DNA of 64,000 bases, taken from NCBI RefSeq assembly GCF_004010195.1, contig NC_057711.1, forward strand, positions 75,144,149 through 75,208,148. The letters are read 5' to 3'. Below are positions 63,340-64,000 of the stretch, piece after piece. This stretch comes from Chiloscyllium plagiosum (Eukaryota). The first letter of the stretch is position 1. Every line of letters starts with the position of its first letter. The position numbers were made by a program, and so were the translations under genes. The notes under the pieces are model-generated. The model ran no database searches. It was not told the DNA's origin and was given only the letters and a program-made list of their open reading frames with translations.

Positions 63340-63715
63340 TTCATTTTCTCTTGAGTTTAGGTTACTTAGGAGTCATGGTGTTTAGCGTAATAAATGGATT
63401 GGGTAGAAAAGACACTGAAACCATTTCCTTTGGTGGTATAATCCAGAGCAACAGGATACAGTCTTAAATTTCAAATGCAGGTATTTAAGTGTAAGGTTCG
63501 GAGCACTTCTCAAAAAGGGTAGTCACCTTTGGAACTCACTGCCCCAAAATACTGTGGCTGCTGTGAATTTTTTTAATTAACAGTTTTGTTTGCTAAGCCC
63601 ATTAAGGTATTCAGTCAAAAGTGACAACTGGAATGGAGGTTTCAGATTGGCTGAATGATAGGGTAGGCTCTAGGTTTGAGTGCTCCACTTTGGTTCCTAC
63701 ATTCCTCTGCCTTGA
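63340..63715 (+). mobile_element. Old CR1 3' end
   Basis: Degenerate ggatacagtcttaaa..tggaactcactgccccaaa..ctccactttggttcctac. Confidence 0.6.
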
Positions 63716-63764
63716 CATGTGCCTTGTTTTCACCTGTGGCTTTCTTCATTTTGTTGCTTTTCAC

Positions 63765-63985
63765 CTCATACCTCAGATACTATCTGTCCACAATAAACAG
63801 GATAAGTTCAACGCAGTCAATAACTACCCCATTAATCTACTTTCCATTATAGCAAAGTGATAGAAGGAGTCACAGTTCACACTTCTACACACTTACTCTC
63901 AGTTCATATTCCAGCAAGACCAATTGGTTCCTGACCTCATTACAGCCTCAGTCCAAACCTGGACAAAAGAGCTAAGCTCCAGTTC
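63765..63985 (+). mobile_element. L2/CR1-group RT fragment
   Basis: VHNKQDKFNAVNNYPINLLSIIAK..PDLITASVQTWTKEL. Confidence 0.75.
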
Positions 63986-64000
63986 ACTTCAGAGATCAGA

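Overview
Eukaryotic, repeat-dense genomic DNA with four assembly gaps. The repeat repertoire (CR1 LINEs with esterase ORF1, HE1-like tRNA SINEs, Penelope-like elements, L2, RTE, Rex/Babar, Harbinger and Gypsy relics) points to a cartilaginous fish, most likely a shark; this is inferred from family recognition without a database search. No prokaryotic features, rRNA, standalone tRNA genes or CRISPR arrays were seen. The only convincing host coding sequence is a minus-strand gene at about 44.8-48.1 kb. Its large terminal exon encodes about 38 in-register octapeptides, including 11 consecutive [S/T]-P-x-[K/R] sites, followed by a hydrophobic C-terminal region I cannot assign. Other points of interest: (i) many tiny or inverted Penelope-like inserts carrying minimal hammerhead ribozyme cores, several with clear target-site duplications and 5' ends at the CUGANGA box; (ii) several locally templated insertions and duplications (321 bp, 276 bp, 49 bp, and a hairpin filler); (iii) an RTE LINE with a 5' inversion; (iv) an intron-containing Harbinger Myb/SANT gene relic plus a transposase relic; (v) weakly supported orphan exons at 0.4, 9-12 and 38-39 kb. 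Boundaries of old repeats are approximate.
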